Shown: positions 43,401 through 57,841, counted from the first letter of the stretch. The stretch is 64,000 nucleotides of DNA from Eledone cirrhosa (GCA_964016885.1 OZ024742.1:87172001-87236000); one strand, 5' to 3'. Made by a program: numbers and translations. Notes: generated from the sequence alone by a model not told the origin.

Positions 43401-46400
43401 CGTCTATTTTGCCATTCTGCTGACATATGCCTTCAAAAACTTCGACATAGGTGTATACATAATTGTATGGGTGGAAAATAGTTATGCGGAAAGCTGGCTG
43501 GCTGGATAGATGGATGGCTATTTATGGTTATAGCGCATATGTGATTTGGGGTCAGCGATAGTATGTCATTACTAATAATCAACGTTTCTTTCAGATCACA
43601 TATAAATATATTTCTTCGTTTTCTTGTAATATTTGTTGTCGTCGCATATGGGTTGGAATTCTGCAAACTGTGCTGTTGATGCTTAAAAGACATATTTAAT
43701 ATCCTTCGCCTGCAGTTTTCTTTTCCTTTTGATTTACTGTTGATAATTTACTTCTTATTATTGAGCTCTTATCATCCCTGTGTACTTACAATTGTAACTT
43801 GGTTTACAATCAATTGATGTAAATATTATTATGTCAACATTTCAACTCATGCAGTTGTATTTTACGTGTATTTCGAGGAATTTGTTTTACTACATTGATG
43901 ACATTTAATTACTACCTATGCTGTACGATTTTATATACGTTCATGTTTGCAAATCAGGTTACAATGTTGTATACTGCTCCCTGTTCATCTTTCAAAACAT
44001 CATAATGAAATACTTTTGTGTTAAGCTGAAATGAAATCATTCTATATTATCTACACCTTCGGTATTCCTTTTTTTTAATGTTTGTTTTTTCATAGATTTG
44101 TTTTGTTTTCGTTCCTTACCTTTCCTTTTTTAGTGGCAAATTCTCTCATCTCTTCTAAAATAAACTATGTCTAGATTGAGATACCAATTGCTACTCTTCA
44201 CCATACACTGTAAAACATATCATTAGTAAATTAAGAGGCCCTAGACATGTAGAAATATATTTTGCAAAATATCCTTTGTCATTTTGCGCATTTCGTCTTC
44301 TTGGGGTAAGCCGGGATTAAATTAGAAGTGTATTTAAAATAAACCACATGAAATATAGTTTGCAGAAAATATTTTATATAAGAAATCACTATAAAATAAA
44401 CAAAATATGTTTAAAATTCCTCGAAGAATATGAGAACAGATTCTATAAATCAATTGTCAACATTTTCAGAATAACGAAAAGAAACACCAATAAATCAGTT
44501 TTCTATTAAAAGGGAATTGATTGTGTGAAACATGAAGAATGAGATTGCAGAGACAGAGAGCAAAGTATAAAAGGCAGCACATCACATGATAATCAATATT
44601 AAACTTCTAATAGATAGTACTAATAATATTAATCATAGTGATTATTACAATAGAGATATGACCACGCTGGAAGCTGTAGAAAACGGTAGCACAGAAATAG
44701 TGTTTATTTTGCCTCAGAAAATTGTCGAAATGCAGATATCTAATTCATACAAATAAAGTAAAAATCAGAAAAAAATCGATAAGGGACCAATCCTCTCAGT
44801 AAATTCGGGTTAATCCAAACATCATGATATTATGATGACAGGTGAAAGGAAAATGTGCCCATCCACATTCTCTAATTGTCTGTATATAATCACGTATTTA
44901 ATCACTCCAATTTCCCCCACCCACCCTCGTAATACAAACAAATCCTTCGCCCCACTCAGCATCCAATCACGCTGGCATGCGAAGTCGTCCCTGTGATCAT
45001 ATACGAACAGGAAAATTCTTGTTGGCGCTTCTTGCAGCATGCACGCAACACACCCCTACATTGTTTTTAACAGGCATTGAACAATAATAATTCAAGGTAA
45101 TAAGAACTTGGATATTCTATTGATATGATAACCTTGGCTCATACTTGGATGTATTCTAACCACGACACTATTTGTTCAACCGAATTTGTAATTATGCAAT
45201 ACACGGATATTTTATGTGTATGAAGTGTTGTAGAGTTTTGTACTTTAGTCCCGATATCAATGACTTCCTGAAATGTATTTCTTTCCTTCTCTCGTCTATG
45301 ACCAGGTTAACGTGATTCATCGTTCTATAAAAAGAAATGATTGTCGCTCCACCAATCGCATACACCTGGTACAAGTACACCTTGAGTGTCTGACTGTATT
45401 CTAAGTGCTGAACGCATGATTTCAATCGGTCAAAATATCAGGTGCTAGAGATGAGCTTGTGGGAATATATGATACTCTATCTGTGATCATGCATCGAAAA
45501 TGTCTTTGTTTCCCAGTAATTTCTGCAGATGTAGCTGTCAAACGCTTTGCCTGCGAGTCTTTAGCCACTGCAATTCAATAGATGAACGGAATTGTAATTG
45601 GCTACAAATTATTCTTCTTAAACCTTATCACGGAAAGAAATGGAAGAAGCGCTGACTCCAAATTTCTCTTGTGCTTTGTGTGAAGCAAAACAAAATGCTG
45701 GTATTACACTACCAAATCAAATTATGCAATGCCCAGCGGGCATTCTAATATATCTGCATTCATTGTCTAACACCGAATATTTCTAGCTAAATAACCTTGT
45801 TAAAACAAAATGTTTGTCTAAATGAATTTCCGTGTCTAAGAAGTACATGATCTCGTAAAATGGAGATGTTTATACATCAATAATGTCCATCAATTCGCAT
45901 GGAAATTATTCTATGAGCAGTGTGTTACACGTTACCTACAAACTCCGGTTGATTTATATTTCCCTTAGAATACAGTTATTTACCGTATTTACAAAGGATT
46001 CCTCAATTTGCAATGACATACACTGTTTCCATATTCAGACACTCACATTGTTTCGCTTCCAAAGTCATCAAAATATACAATGACGGTCCCAGCTCCCAAA
46101 AAAGCGTGGGGAGAACGTTTTGCTGACGAAAAAAGGTAGTGTTTGCACCAATGATGACACATGTTGTTTTTAAGTTTGATCCGATATTGAACGCAACCAC
46201 GGGACTTCGGAGCAATCCACGATCTGAGATTACTGACGAAATTGAGTGCTTATAGTATCCTGGAGAACCCTATAGACTGGTACAAGTTGCTTTAAACGGT
46301 TAGAGAATACAAATGTATTCCCGATTAGCTTTGTATATTCCAATGACTAAATGTTTGTGGTTACGAATTTTTGTGCCGACTGAAATCTGATAATAGCAGC

Positions 46401-47254
46401 AAAGTCATTCTCACGTGAAAAATATCATGTGGCTGGTATTTATGTTATACAGCTAACAACACAGTTGCACCTTTATTGTTCGTAATGCACCACACAGAGG
46501 CTCAGCGATCGCTTTCATATATTAGGCACACATTTTTGCGACATCATATTTTGATATCACGTATTTGTGATATTATGTATATTTCGCTGAGCCACAGCCA
46601 AATGTCAATGTAATAAATCTGAGTTTACGATTCTTAGTTCATTGCTTCTAATAAATATTCCAACAGAAGGCAAGAGGAATAAATCATAGCTACTTCCTTT
46701 CATTAATTTGGCAGCCGCAATAGTTCTTCAACGATTCAACATTTTGTTTGATGACATAATGGGGCTGTGTTCAAATTGCAAAAGGAAAGCTTTCTTTTAA
46801 TTGCGTTTAAGCCGACGCACCTAGAACGATCAACATACATCTGTGTTCCTCACCGATGGATGTGACACGGAACACTTGTCACATGGCATCATTAATCGAT
46901 TACTAATCGTTATATTAATGTTATATATTCGTACATTAAAAACAAATGATATTCGTCACTTTTATATCTGTTATGCGCGCTACAACAAAGTGTTAGCACG
47001 TATAACACAGAAGGTTATTTCATTATATGCAATTTCCACATATTTGAAGGTTTGAAGCGCTGCACCGGCATCAATGATATATGGAGTTCGATGCCGCATG
47101 GAAAAGAGTGATTACGTGTATAAAGGTGGCTCGGCTTCAACACAAGTAAAAGAAAGCGTTCTATGTGCAACGATAGCAGAGCTCCATTATGTAATCAGAA
47201 GTGATGCAGTAAAAACTACTTAGACGTGAGTTACTCACTTGAGTAAACGATTCT

Positions 47255-47322
47255 TGGTTTAGTAGTGGGATAATATGAACAATTCGGGACCCAAACGGTT
47301 GAGCTCCTGCCGGTTCAAAAGT

Positions 47323-47325
<3 letters not shown>
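47255..47325 (-). mobile_element. old diverged relic of the mini-element family
   Basis: Minus strand GAACCGGCAGGAGCTCAACCGTTTGGGTCCC...GTTCATATTATCCCACTACTA resembles GAAACGGCTTGAGCTCAGCCGTCGGGGTCC...GTTCCTATTACCCACTCTACTA. Confidence 0.5.
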
Positions 47326-47406
<81 letters not shown>

Positions 47407-47412
47407 GATAAA

Positions 47413-48370
47413 TCTATATATATAAAACTGTGGTTGTCTGTCTGTCTATCGATATTTGGCACACATCTCCTCTTAGAATCTCTGACGGAATTGCACCGAA
47501 ATTGCTATACTTGTACATTGAGCCCTAGCGAAGACATCGGAAAAAAAATATTTCAAATTGACCCACCCTATGTGACGAAATCGAATATAATGTAACGATT
47601 TTTGAGCGTAAGTTATCAGTTATTTCCCTTTGTTCTGTTTACATTGAGCGTCTTACGTAAAAAATTACGCTGTCTTTCTCAGCGTTTAAAATGACATTAA
47701 CACAATACATGAACAGTTGTCGAGCCAGCAAAATATTGACCTGCAAAATTCATCAGTTCGAACACTAAGCTTCCGTTTTGCTTCATTTCCATTTAAAAGC
47801 ATTTTAAAACAATATTTTTACTTGAAAACAAGTCTATTTAAAGACTACGTAAAACAAGCAAATATTTCGTCGTTAGGCGTGCAGACAGACAGTCGTGCAG
47901 ACAGACAGTCGTGCAGACAGACAGTCGTGCAGACAGAGAGTCATGCAGACAGACAGTCGTGCAGAGAGGTGATATAGGCGTGCAGACAGACAGTCGTGCA
48001 GAGAGGTGATATAGGCGTGCAGACAGACAGTCGTGCAGAGAGGTGATATAGGCGTGCAGACAGACATAACTGATAATTTGGTTACGCTAATGTTTTTCTC
48101 TGCGTTGCAGTGTTTACATTTTCGATCTTTGTTAATAAATAACCAGTGCAGTTTCTATCCCCAGCATCCTCTTTTGTTATAACATTCGGGTTATCGTTAT
48201 GTTTTCTTAACTTCATAAGGCATATTGTTGGTTGAGGGAATATTTATCAAAAACACCACATGCAAGTCTGCACAGTAGACACTACAGTTTTTAAGCCAAG
48301 AAAGAAACTTAACATTGTAACTTTAACACAGCTACTGAGCGACCCCGAGCAGCGCCGGGCTTTACTGCTA

Positions 48371-48371
<1 letters not shown>
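47413..48371 (+). mobile_element. non-autonomous Helitron
   Basis: 5' end A^TCTATATATATAAAA. The 3' end has the subterminal hairpin CCCG-agcagcgc-CGGG, an 8-nt spacer and CTAG^T. It sits between A and T with no TSD. Confidence 0.8.
47878..48066 (+). repeat. minisatellite: 16-bp unit evolving into a 37-bp higher-order repeat
   Basis: CGTGCAGACAGACAGT x5, then alternation with the 21-mer CGTGCAGAGAGGTGATATAGG x3. Confidence 0.9.
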
Positions 48372-48444
<73 letters not shown>

Positions 48445-48452
<8 letters not shown>

Positions 48453-50626
48453 TAAAATAACAGATTAAAGTTTAAGCAAAGAATCGCTGCTTTCACCCTT
48501 AACGGGATCTTCTGAAACTAACAAAGTCGATCTGTAAACGCAGAACTGGATATTTCAAAAAACGTTGCAACCGGAGGAAGACAGGAAGACGATACTTTGG
48601 TTTGTCGTGACGTTCGCTGGCAAAGAACGGGAAAAAACGAATAATACGTCATTAATAGGAGCGGTGAAAAACAATTACGCGCAAAGACAAAACCACGTTT
48701 ATGGTATAAAAGAGGTCGTAGACTAATGTTCTCGTAGGTGGTGCATAGAGACGTTATCTGGCAATGAACGAAAAAACGAAGATAATAAGTCATATGTGGA
48801 GCGTGGAGAATAATAGCACGCAAAGACAAAACCACGTAAATGGTATAGCAGAAATCGTAGACTAAAATTCTAACTAGGAGACCAAATGAATCTCCGCTAC
48901 AGAGTTAAGAACAAAGTAAATAAATACAATACAGAAGTAATAGGAACAAATAAATACATACACGCAAACAGATACGTACATACACAAGCATACGCAAAAC
49001 CTTACCATGGGTATACAAAACCACGTACATATAAATATGTGTGTGTGTGTATGCTTGTGTACAAATAAATAAATAATTATATAAACGTATATAAGTAAAT
49101 AAATACGTATATAACAAGCGCACACGCATACCTACATATAAATACACGAATGTTCGGAGTCGTAAGTCAACTAAAACAAGAAGTACACATATACACACAC
49201 CCACCATACGTACGAACCTGCACACTCACGCGGACGCAAAACTCCCGTATACACATAGCCAAACCCTAAATACCAGAATATGTAAAAATTATACGCTATA
49301 ACAGTCAAATATACGTACGAGAAGGTATACATACCTTCACAAAACATACGGGTAATATATACTTACCTATGCAAATACGTAAAGGAATAAACAAAACATA
49401 TACTTAGCTCCCACATCAAGACGTAAAATATCCACGTATAGATCGTGCTATCCGTTAGGGTATAACGTGGGGCTGTAATACAGGAAAGTTTTGTGCAATT
49501 TATGTTTACAAGCCGAAATTGTCTCAGATTCTTTGTTTAAGATGTGGTCTGTAGCGTAGAGTATTTCCAGGGCCTCAGCGGCGCAGAGGTCACATGGTCT
49601 TTTATTTCCGTTATACGATCTAGCCCTAGCTAGGATCTCCCAGTGTAACTTATATTGGGTGTGGTTGTCTTTTAGACTCCAGATATAAGGTGAAAGTGAC
49701 GTCATATTCCTTCTTAGAGGGTAACGAAAAGAATGGGTACGCATGTAAAGACGCTGCTTGAGACTATTGGCGGTTAACCCTATGTAGGCCCTACGGGACG
49801 TTGGTGTTACAACCTTACATATGTAGACAATGTTACTACAGAGGCATTTCCCGGATAGGGGCAATCAGCCCGATTCCTACAATTACAGTTAGTACTACCT
49901 AGAGGGTTGCACGTGTTCCTACGGCTAGGTAGTTTAGCTAAATTTGACACAAGCATACACACACACACACACATATTTATATGTGCGTGGTTTTGTATAC
50001 CTATGGTAAGGATTTGCGTATGCTTGTGTATGTAGGTATTTGTTTGCGTGTACGTATTTATTTGTTCCTATTACTTCTGTATTATATTTATTTACTTTGT
50101 TCTTAACTCTGTAGCGGAGATTCATTTGGTCTCCTAGTTAGAATTTTAGTCTACGATTTCTGCTATACCATTTACGTGGTTTTGTCTTTGCGTGCTATTG
50201 TTCTCCACGCTCCTCATATGACTTATTATCTTCGTTTTTTCGTTCATTGCCAGAGAACGTCTCTATGCACCACCTAAGAGAACATTAGTCTACGACCTCT
50301 TTTATACCATAAACGTTGTTTTGTCTTTGCGCGTAATTGTTTTTCACCGCTCCTATTAATGACGTATTATTCGTTTTTTCCCGACGTTACCACGAACCAA
50401 AGTATCGTCTTCCTGTCTTCCTCCGGTTGCAACCTTTTTTGAAATATCCAGTTCTGCGTTTACAGATTGACTTTGTTAGTTTCAGAAGATCCCGTTAAGG
50501 GTGAACGCAGCGATTCTTTGCTCAAACTTTAATCTGTCATTTTAATAAATATTTGCTCTACGGTTCTTATATATTTGATATATATTTTCCTTATCGAGCC
50601 CTCTTTGGATTTTACTCTTCAATTCT
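48445..50626. mobile_element. fold-back Hydra-like PLE: ~610-bp inverted arms, internal GIY-YIG, tail on right arm
   Basis: 48445-49060 is inverted relative to 49947-50552. The minus-strand frame reads NCNCRNRADCPLSGKCL...IVYICKV...AYIGLT...CDLC...CKH (49448-49893). Confidence 0.88.
50478..50528 (+). ncRNA. type I hammerhead-like fold with CAGAAGA core (mirror copy at 48469-48519, minus strand)
   Basis: Two-arm consensus AGTTT-CAGAAGA-tCCCgttaaGGGt-GAAA-GCAGcgattctTTGC-TC^AAACT. Confidence 0.55.
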
Positions 50627-50646
50627 ATTATTATTACTATTATTAC

Positions 50647-50677
<31 letters not shown>

Positions 50678-50696
50678 ATAATTATATATATGCATG

Positions 50697-50736
<40 letters not shown>

Positions 50737-51087
50737 TATATAAAGCACTGGAAATTATGCAAATACCTGAATCGTAGATGTGTTATCATGTAACTCGTAC
50801 GACACCGGAGTTACTTACTCGTTCAAAAGCATCCGAAAACCGGACTTGAAAGATTATTTGAATGTTTGATTTTGCGAAAACATTATAAGTATTTTAATGG
50901 CCATGTTTCATTATCCGATCAAGATGCAGGACGTGTGTGATTGCATCAGAAGTGTATTACAATGTATAACATGAATACGGTGAACATTAACTGAGAATAG
51001 ACGATAGTATAGATTCAGTGATGGCTCGTCAATTCGCGGATGGTTTGCCGTTACAATATCACCGAATTGGCAATCCAGAGCAAACCA

Positions 51088-51165
<78 letters not shown>

Positions 51166-51250
51166 GTATATGTATATATATATGTATATATACATGTATA
51201 TATATATATATATATATATTATATATGTATATGTATATATATATGTATAT

Positions 51251-51320
<70 letters not shown>

Positions 51321-51959
51321 GCACACACTTACTAGCATATGAATACGCATGCAAATATGTCTGCGTGTGTGTCAGGGGGAGAAATAGAGTGAGATAGATG
51401 AATATAGAATCATAGTGTCTGTTTTGCTTTACTGTATTAAGCTTGGATCGATATACAGGAAACAGTTTCAAAGTAAAAACTACTAACCACTTAAAGCATT
51501 AACTATTATAAGAAATGAATATAATAGAAAATCACAGTTAAGCTATTATATCTAATATACTCTAATGAAAATTATCAATTGATATATATTTCTCATGTGT
51601 CCGAATAATATTTAACTCAATACCAATAACATGTTTGAGAAACGTTCTACTAGTATAATGGAAATAAATAATTACAGTAATATGAGAAAATTACATAAAA
51701 TTAATATTTCAGGTATAAAAATATCTAATAATTTCGTTATGATAATATTTTAAATTTTGAATCCGATTTTTGGAAGTGTGTGTATGTGTGATGTCAGAAC
51801 GATTTTCCTCTACCTCCAACAATTTCACCTTCCCTCTTGGTCCAGGCTGACATGATTGGACATTGATACCCACGGACGACGGGAAAGGAGACGCGCTGAA
51901 ACAGCCACTCCTACTCACGAGGATTGCACCTGCGGGCAATCAACTTCAGGTTAACTGAG

Positions 51960-53400
51960 AAAGAATGTATTTCGTTGACAAGAACGCCGAAAGTCTCCAG
52001 TGCTTGAGCGTCTACCACAAATGTATCATATAGTGGCCGACATTTGGCCAGTTTACCGTCTTCCAGCTGTCAGTCATGGAAGTCTAGGTTGGTGGCGAAC
52101 GCAGAAAGTTACTTCAGGCGAAGTTATCATAGCATGTAGCATACATACCCACACGGAAAGGGAAGATTGTGTGTCGTCTGGCTTTTGCCATCTCCTAGTT
52201 TTAAGGCCCGCGTTCAGGCTATGTGATATGAACTCCAGTCGAGGTGCAAGACGTGCGAGGTGGCCGCAGCGGCAATTGTGAGGCACGAACAGCCGGATAC
52301 CGAACCGCTGGGAAACACTGAATCACAAGCAGTTGCTGTCAAACTAAGTGTGTATCCTAAGTGGTGGTACTGCGTGAATCAGGTATCACTGTGATGGTTA
52401 GGTGGCCAGCGAATACATCCCCGTCGGCGCCGGTCGAGCCGAAGCAGAAACAGTTCTAAGGATATGTTGCACAGGATGGTGTTCCAAATCTGATGGGGGG
52501 ATATGGGTCTACGGAAGGGAGAGTGGCATGGACGATCACAGGGTGGAGACCGAGCTGGTTCTATGTAACGTAATTCAACTAACGTTCCCCCAATCCAAGT
52601 AGTATATTCAGTTATGCTGTGAAGGAACATGTTGATGAACACACGGCAAAAGGTCATCGAAGAAAGGAAAAATGGTAGGAGAAGGGAGACTCAAAAGCGG
52701 TGTCCTCGGCCGCCATATCTGAGGAGTAAGATGCCCTGTGGTAAACTGGTGTCATCAAACCGGACGTTGCATATCTCTTCAGAGATATGTAAGGAGATAT
52801 GCTTGGCTGTAGCAAGGGAAACTGCGGATGATGTATAGGAAATTCAGCAAGGAAAACCATTTCCTCAACAGGAAAAATGCCAGGTGTTGTCGATCAGGTT
52901 CAGTACACACATTACAGCTTCTTCCTTGAGAAGACTGAAACTGACGGTAGACGGAATGACAAGCGAGAGACGTTGAATTCCATGCCAATGCTCGCCAGTG
53001 CTGGAACTGTTGATTGGAGATGATGACAGACAATGAAAACTTCGAACTAGTTGTGGTGCCATAAATATTAAGTAGTAGGAGAATTTGCTGATGATGATGG
53101 TAGCATTTTTCGTGGTTGATATGATTGCTCTCCTAGGGCATTCAGGGAAATTGGTGGATGGGAATTGAAATTTGTGAAAAATGTTTGACCATTCAATGAC
53201 AGTTCTATTGTGCCTAACCTTAGGATTGACTTTTCCTTGTAGTTATTGTGGTTTCTGTGGTGCTTGTTGGTTTTGTTGCCGTTGTAGTTCTTTTCGTTGG
53301 TAGTTTTTGTTGTCGTTTTTGTTGATTCGCTTGAAGCGTATTTGGATAAAATAGGTGGTGAAGTTTTTCAAATTGTCTCTAAATTCATGTGAAAGACACC
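51960..53400 (-). mobile_element. highly degraded L1/Tx1-like LINE remnant
   Basis: LEFISHSLNAGLKTRRWQ resembles an APE N-terminus (SLNxxGL), and a low-complexity ORF1-like stretch lies upstream. The support is weak. Confidence 0.3.
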
Positions 53401-55018
53401 TCGTATATGTTTCCGCTTACTCAGTATCGCCTTCTACCGATGGTTATTGAACTGTTGGGCTATTTTCATTTTTGTTTATGTGGGTCTTACAATATGATTT
53501 TGCAGCATCAAGCGTCTATATGTTTGGTTTGTGAGAGACACATCTATGCATTTGTCAAGAGATCGATTCGACAAAATGTTATCCGACAAAATGTATTAAT
53601 CATTTGACATACACACCCTCATTATGTAAACTGTAAGGGTTTGTCCTATACGGATGCATTTTAAATCCGAAGAATTTAATGTATGCTGTGTGTCATCGAG
53701 AAGAATTGTAAATTGCTGTAGGATGTATTAAATGTTTGTTCAGTATAGAAAAATTCCTAAAATTTCATATTTAAGATTAATACTGCATTGTTATTCCCTA
53801 GATATATCTTTCAAATATTAATCTGGAAAATGCCATGCCACATTTACAATTTAAATATTGTAACACGATATACCCAAATCTAATCTATATAAGAACATAC
53901 AAGCCACCTTATAAATTGTTTGTTTAAATTAATAGCAATTAGATTAAATGATTATATAATGTATTTACGATAAGCATATTAATAACTTAAACTGGTTTCC
54001 AACAGGGCTCCACCGTGGAGACGGCAAGTGCCCGACGGGAATATACTCGTTCCATTCCAAGAGCGTAAATCCTTACCTCGGACACCACACTCTGTGACAC
54101 GTCCTAAGCCTTCAACTTAATTGCTTCGGATACAAACCATGATACTGCGGCTCGAAATTCAGAAGACACGAATACAAATAGTGGAACTTATGCGGCTGAT
54201 TTCTCGTTGCACAGGTCGTTGTCGAAACATCAGGCCTCCTCAGTCCCTTTACTGCCGAGCCCCTCCGCAAAATAGGTGGTACATGAAATACTTTTGCAGT
54301 TTTGTCCGGTGAGGAGAATAAACACCACTCCGCCCTAGGGTCAAAGAACTTCCATCTCCCTTTCATCTTTGTCTCAAAAAGGCCTTGAATTTTCATTTCT
54401 CTTTTTCTTTCATTTATGGTATATATTCTATTTTCCCACACAGACAGATCTGCCATTCTTTATTCCTTCCCCTCTATGTCCCATTACTTTTTTTTTTTAG
54501 ATTATGCTATCCCGTTGTAAATCATAACAAACACTCATTTAAATATGTACAAAAATAGAGTAGCCCGAGTGGGCTACATCATAATGTGCTTTTGGAAGAC
54601 ACACACAGTAGAAATATTGTAATAAATAAAATAATGACAACAGCTAAAACAAAAGCAATGTATGTGCAATCAACAGCTAAAGACGCAACCCTGGCGGGCC
54701 CAGGTCATGTGTAATCATGTAACATGTACGAATGCGAACAATATATTGTTATCAAAAACAATATTAATCTCAATTATAAAGTTGACCCTTTTTGAGAAAA
54801 TACGGTGGCACAGAATTTCCGGCAATTTGCTTTAACTTATCAGTTCATTTATTTACTTTAAAAAATAGCATTACGCATTGTCCCTTGATATACATAAACA
54901 CATGGTCAGTCTATTAATGGATGGATTATTAGAATGATATCCATTATTTAGTACGCTGCAAACGCTAAGGCACATAATTAAATTATATTTCTATGCTCAT
55001 CTTATTTATATATATATA

Positions 55019-55305
55019 TAGTTGACTGTATATCTGGTCGATTTATACACGCTGTCGAACTACTCGATAAATACTCCATCGCAACCGCCGTGAAGGGCTG
55101 CTTTCGGTTATTTGTCGGAGATTTCTTCATAGGAGATTATATTCTTATAGCTAGGTCTAATTGATTTTTTATATGGTTAATTATGCTAATTGGGAGAGGA
55201 AACGGTATATATTTTATCTGGTGATTCTATCGACATGTTTTATGATATATAGCTCTGATTATTTAATTTATTAACAATTCATTCAGCCACAAAGTGACCC
55301 GTTGC

Positions 55306-55388
<83 letters not shown>

Positions 55389-55726
55389 CGAAGGAAATGT
55401 GGTAAGGAACCAGGTGGACCATAACACACCAAAGTACTCAATACTTTGGGTAGTAGAGTGGGTAATAGGAACGAGTAGGACCCCCACGGCTGAGCTCAAG
55501 CCGTTTCGACGGCTAATTCTGGACTAAACGAACATTTTTATCCTGGTATTTGAATAGCCGAGATTCTCAGGGGGTAATTGCATATATGGTAAAAGTGATT
55601 GTCACAAGGATTGGTCAACAGTTGGTTGTTGAGACATAATAATTCTATCATGGCAAGAATTCTATCATTTAGTCCAGAATTAGCCGTCGAAACGGCTTGA
55701 GTTCAGCCGTCGGGGTCCTACTCGTT

Positions 55727-55819
<93 letters not shown>

Positions 55820-56200
55820 CATAAAACATGTCTATAGAATCAACAGATAATACACATACCGTTTCCTCTCTCAAATAGCATAATTAACCATATAAAAAAT
55901 CAATTAGACAAAGCTATAAGAATAAAAGCTCCCATGAAGAAATCTCCGACAAATAACCGAAATCAGCCCTTCGCGGCGGTTGCAACGGAGTATTTATCGA
56001 GTATTTCGACAGCGTGTATAAATCGACCAGATATACAGTGAACTAAACAGGATTAGGTGTAAAATAAACTAGAAGGAAGGTGAACATATTTTGTTACCTC
56101 TACCATGGTTTCGTCCGCATTTTAGGATATCCGATAACATTGGAAATCTAGAGCACCGGAATCTTCATGAGACAATTAATTGACCCGCTGCAAAACACAT
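55019..56200. mobile_element. non-coding fold-back element with ~230-bp inverted arms and tail on the right; hosts a nested mini-element
   Basis: 55019-55250 is inverted relative to 55815-56045. The direct repeat TGACCCG(T/C)TGCAAAACAC occurs at 55295 and 56181. Confidence 0.8.
55387..55730. mobile_element. fold-back mini-element with ~140-bp spacer
   Basis: The long arm is 55387-55528. The short inverted arm 55668-55730 ends CTCGTTCCTA+(TA)n, exactly as at 4198. Confidence 0.85.
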
Positions 56201-56250
<50 letters not shown>

Positions 56251-57165
56251 CTTTATATATATATATACATACACATATATATATGTGTGTGCATATAAGT
56301 ATTTATACTTACATACTACTGTATACATATATGCATGTACGTATGCATACATATATGTATGTACGTATACATACTTATATTAAAGTATGAGTCGTACTAT
56401 GAGTGAGAAATGATATTTCATTTGTTCCATATATTTATATATATAACTATGATGGCTTTCCTGACGATTTCCTTCGAATGAAACAGTTCTAGTCTTGTAG
56501 AAGCCATTTCTATATAAAATGTCATACTCTGCTATGTATTTATTGAGTACCTTACTTACTGTGGTTATCCCCGATCGAATGCGAGGTATGCACACATATA
56601 TATATGGCTGTGTGTGTATGCGCGTGTGTGTATGTAAATAGTAAAAGATACCGTACGTTGAACAAATCTATTAGTTTAACATTCGATATTGCAGGGAATG
56701 TCTTAACGTTTCGCACTGTGGGTATTCATCACAGAATTAATTTAAAAAAGAAAGAGAAAAGAAAAGAGAAAGATCAAGGGTAGGAAGGGAAGGGGAAATG
56801 GAAAACGAAAGTGAAAAGAAAGGGGAAAAACACGTGCGTATTCATACCGCCAAATTTGCGATTTGCATGTCAAGGCGTATCTTACCCGTTAGAGAAGTTT
56901 AGAGAGAGAGGTTATCAGGGTCAAATGTGTGTATCCGCGCCTGTGGTTTTCTTTGAATGCTTGCGGGGGTTTGTGTGTGAGCGCATGCATGTGTGTTTGT
57001 ATGTGTGTTGGATTAGCGTTGGACCATGGCAGACTATTTGCTGTAAGAGTGTTGATGATGGATTGAACAACATAGTTGTATGTACTAGAATGCATACGAA
57101 TATCTACATATACATATATTCACACATAGTATCAGCCGAGAAGGGCTATGTAGAAAGGAGATGAT

Positions 57166-57258
<93 letters not shown>

Positions 57259-57410
57259 CCAGAGAGTGAGAAAAGAGAGTGTGAACAAATGAGGTGTGAG
57301 ACAGAAACAGGGTAACGATTAATTAGTTGCATAGCAATCAGTGCGGATGAGTATGAAAAAATATTCTTAAGCGACATATTAAGTAACCAGACATTTCAGA
57401 AAGTAAGGGG

Positions 57411-57570
57411 AACGTCAATGATATCGATCTCACTGGGTAACAGGTACATTGTTTTATCGAAACCATAAAGACGAAATCGTAGCTAACCTCGATGGGGATT
57501 TAAACTCCGAACTTAAACTGCCGTGACTATATACCGCAATAACCTACTGACACAGACAATCTAGAGCCCT
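57411..57570. mobile_element. SINE-like repeat remnant
   Basis: GGTAC..TTTTATCGA..CC..AAGACGAAA....CCTCGATGGGGATTTAAACTC.GAAC resembles a common octopod SINE segment. This is recalled similarity, not a search result. Confidence 0.3.
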
Positions 57571-57656
57571 CTGAGTATCCAATAATAAAATGCATTCTAT
57601 GTAATATAACACAGGTCTGTCAATATTGCATATATACATATACATATACATATATA

Positions 57657-57841
57657 TCATCATCATCATTCGTCGACTACTGTCGAGATGACGGATCTCA
57701 CTCTCATGCCCCAGAATTCCCTGTCCCCCATCGCTGGCCCCAGGTCCTGTCTACTGATTCCCGTATCCCTAGAGATAACGTCAGGGAATGACAGCTTCCT
57801 CCTCCTAGTCAGGCTGGAGTCAGGGTCCCAGAGCAATAGAG

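Noticed and set aside
44860-45060. Promoter-like GC-richer patch with CCAAT
   Set aside because: Such short motifs are expected by chance, and there is no linked exon or start site evidence.
47878-48066. CRISPR-like regularly spaced repeat
   Set aside because: There are no unique spacers and no cas genes, and the context is eukaryotic. It is a minisatellite.
54006-54110. Possible exon after TTTCCAACAG
   Set aside because: No frame gives a recognisable domain and there is no convincing donor site.
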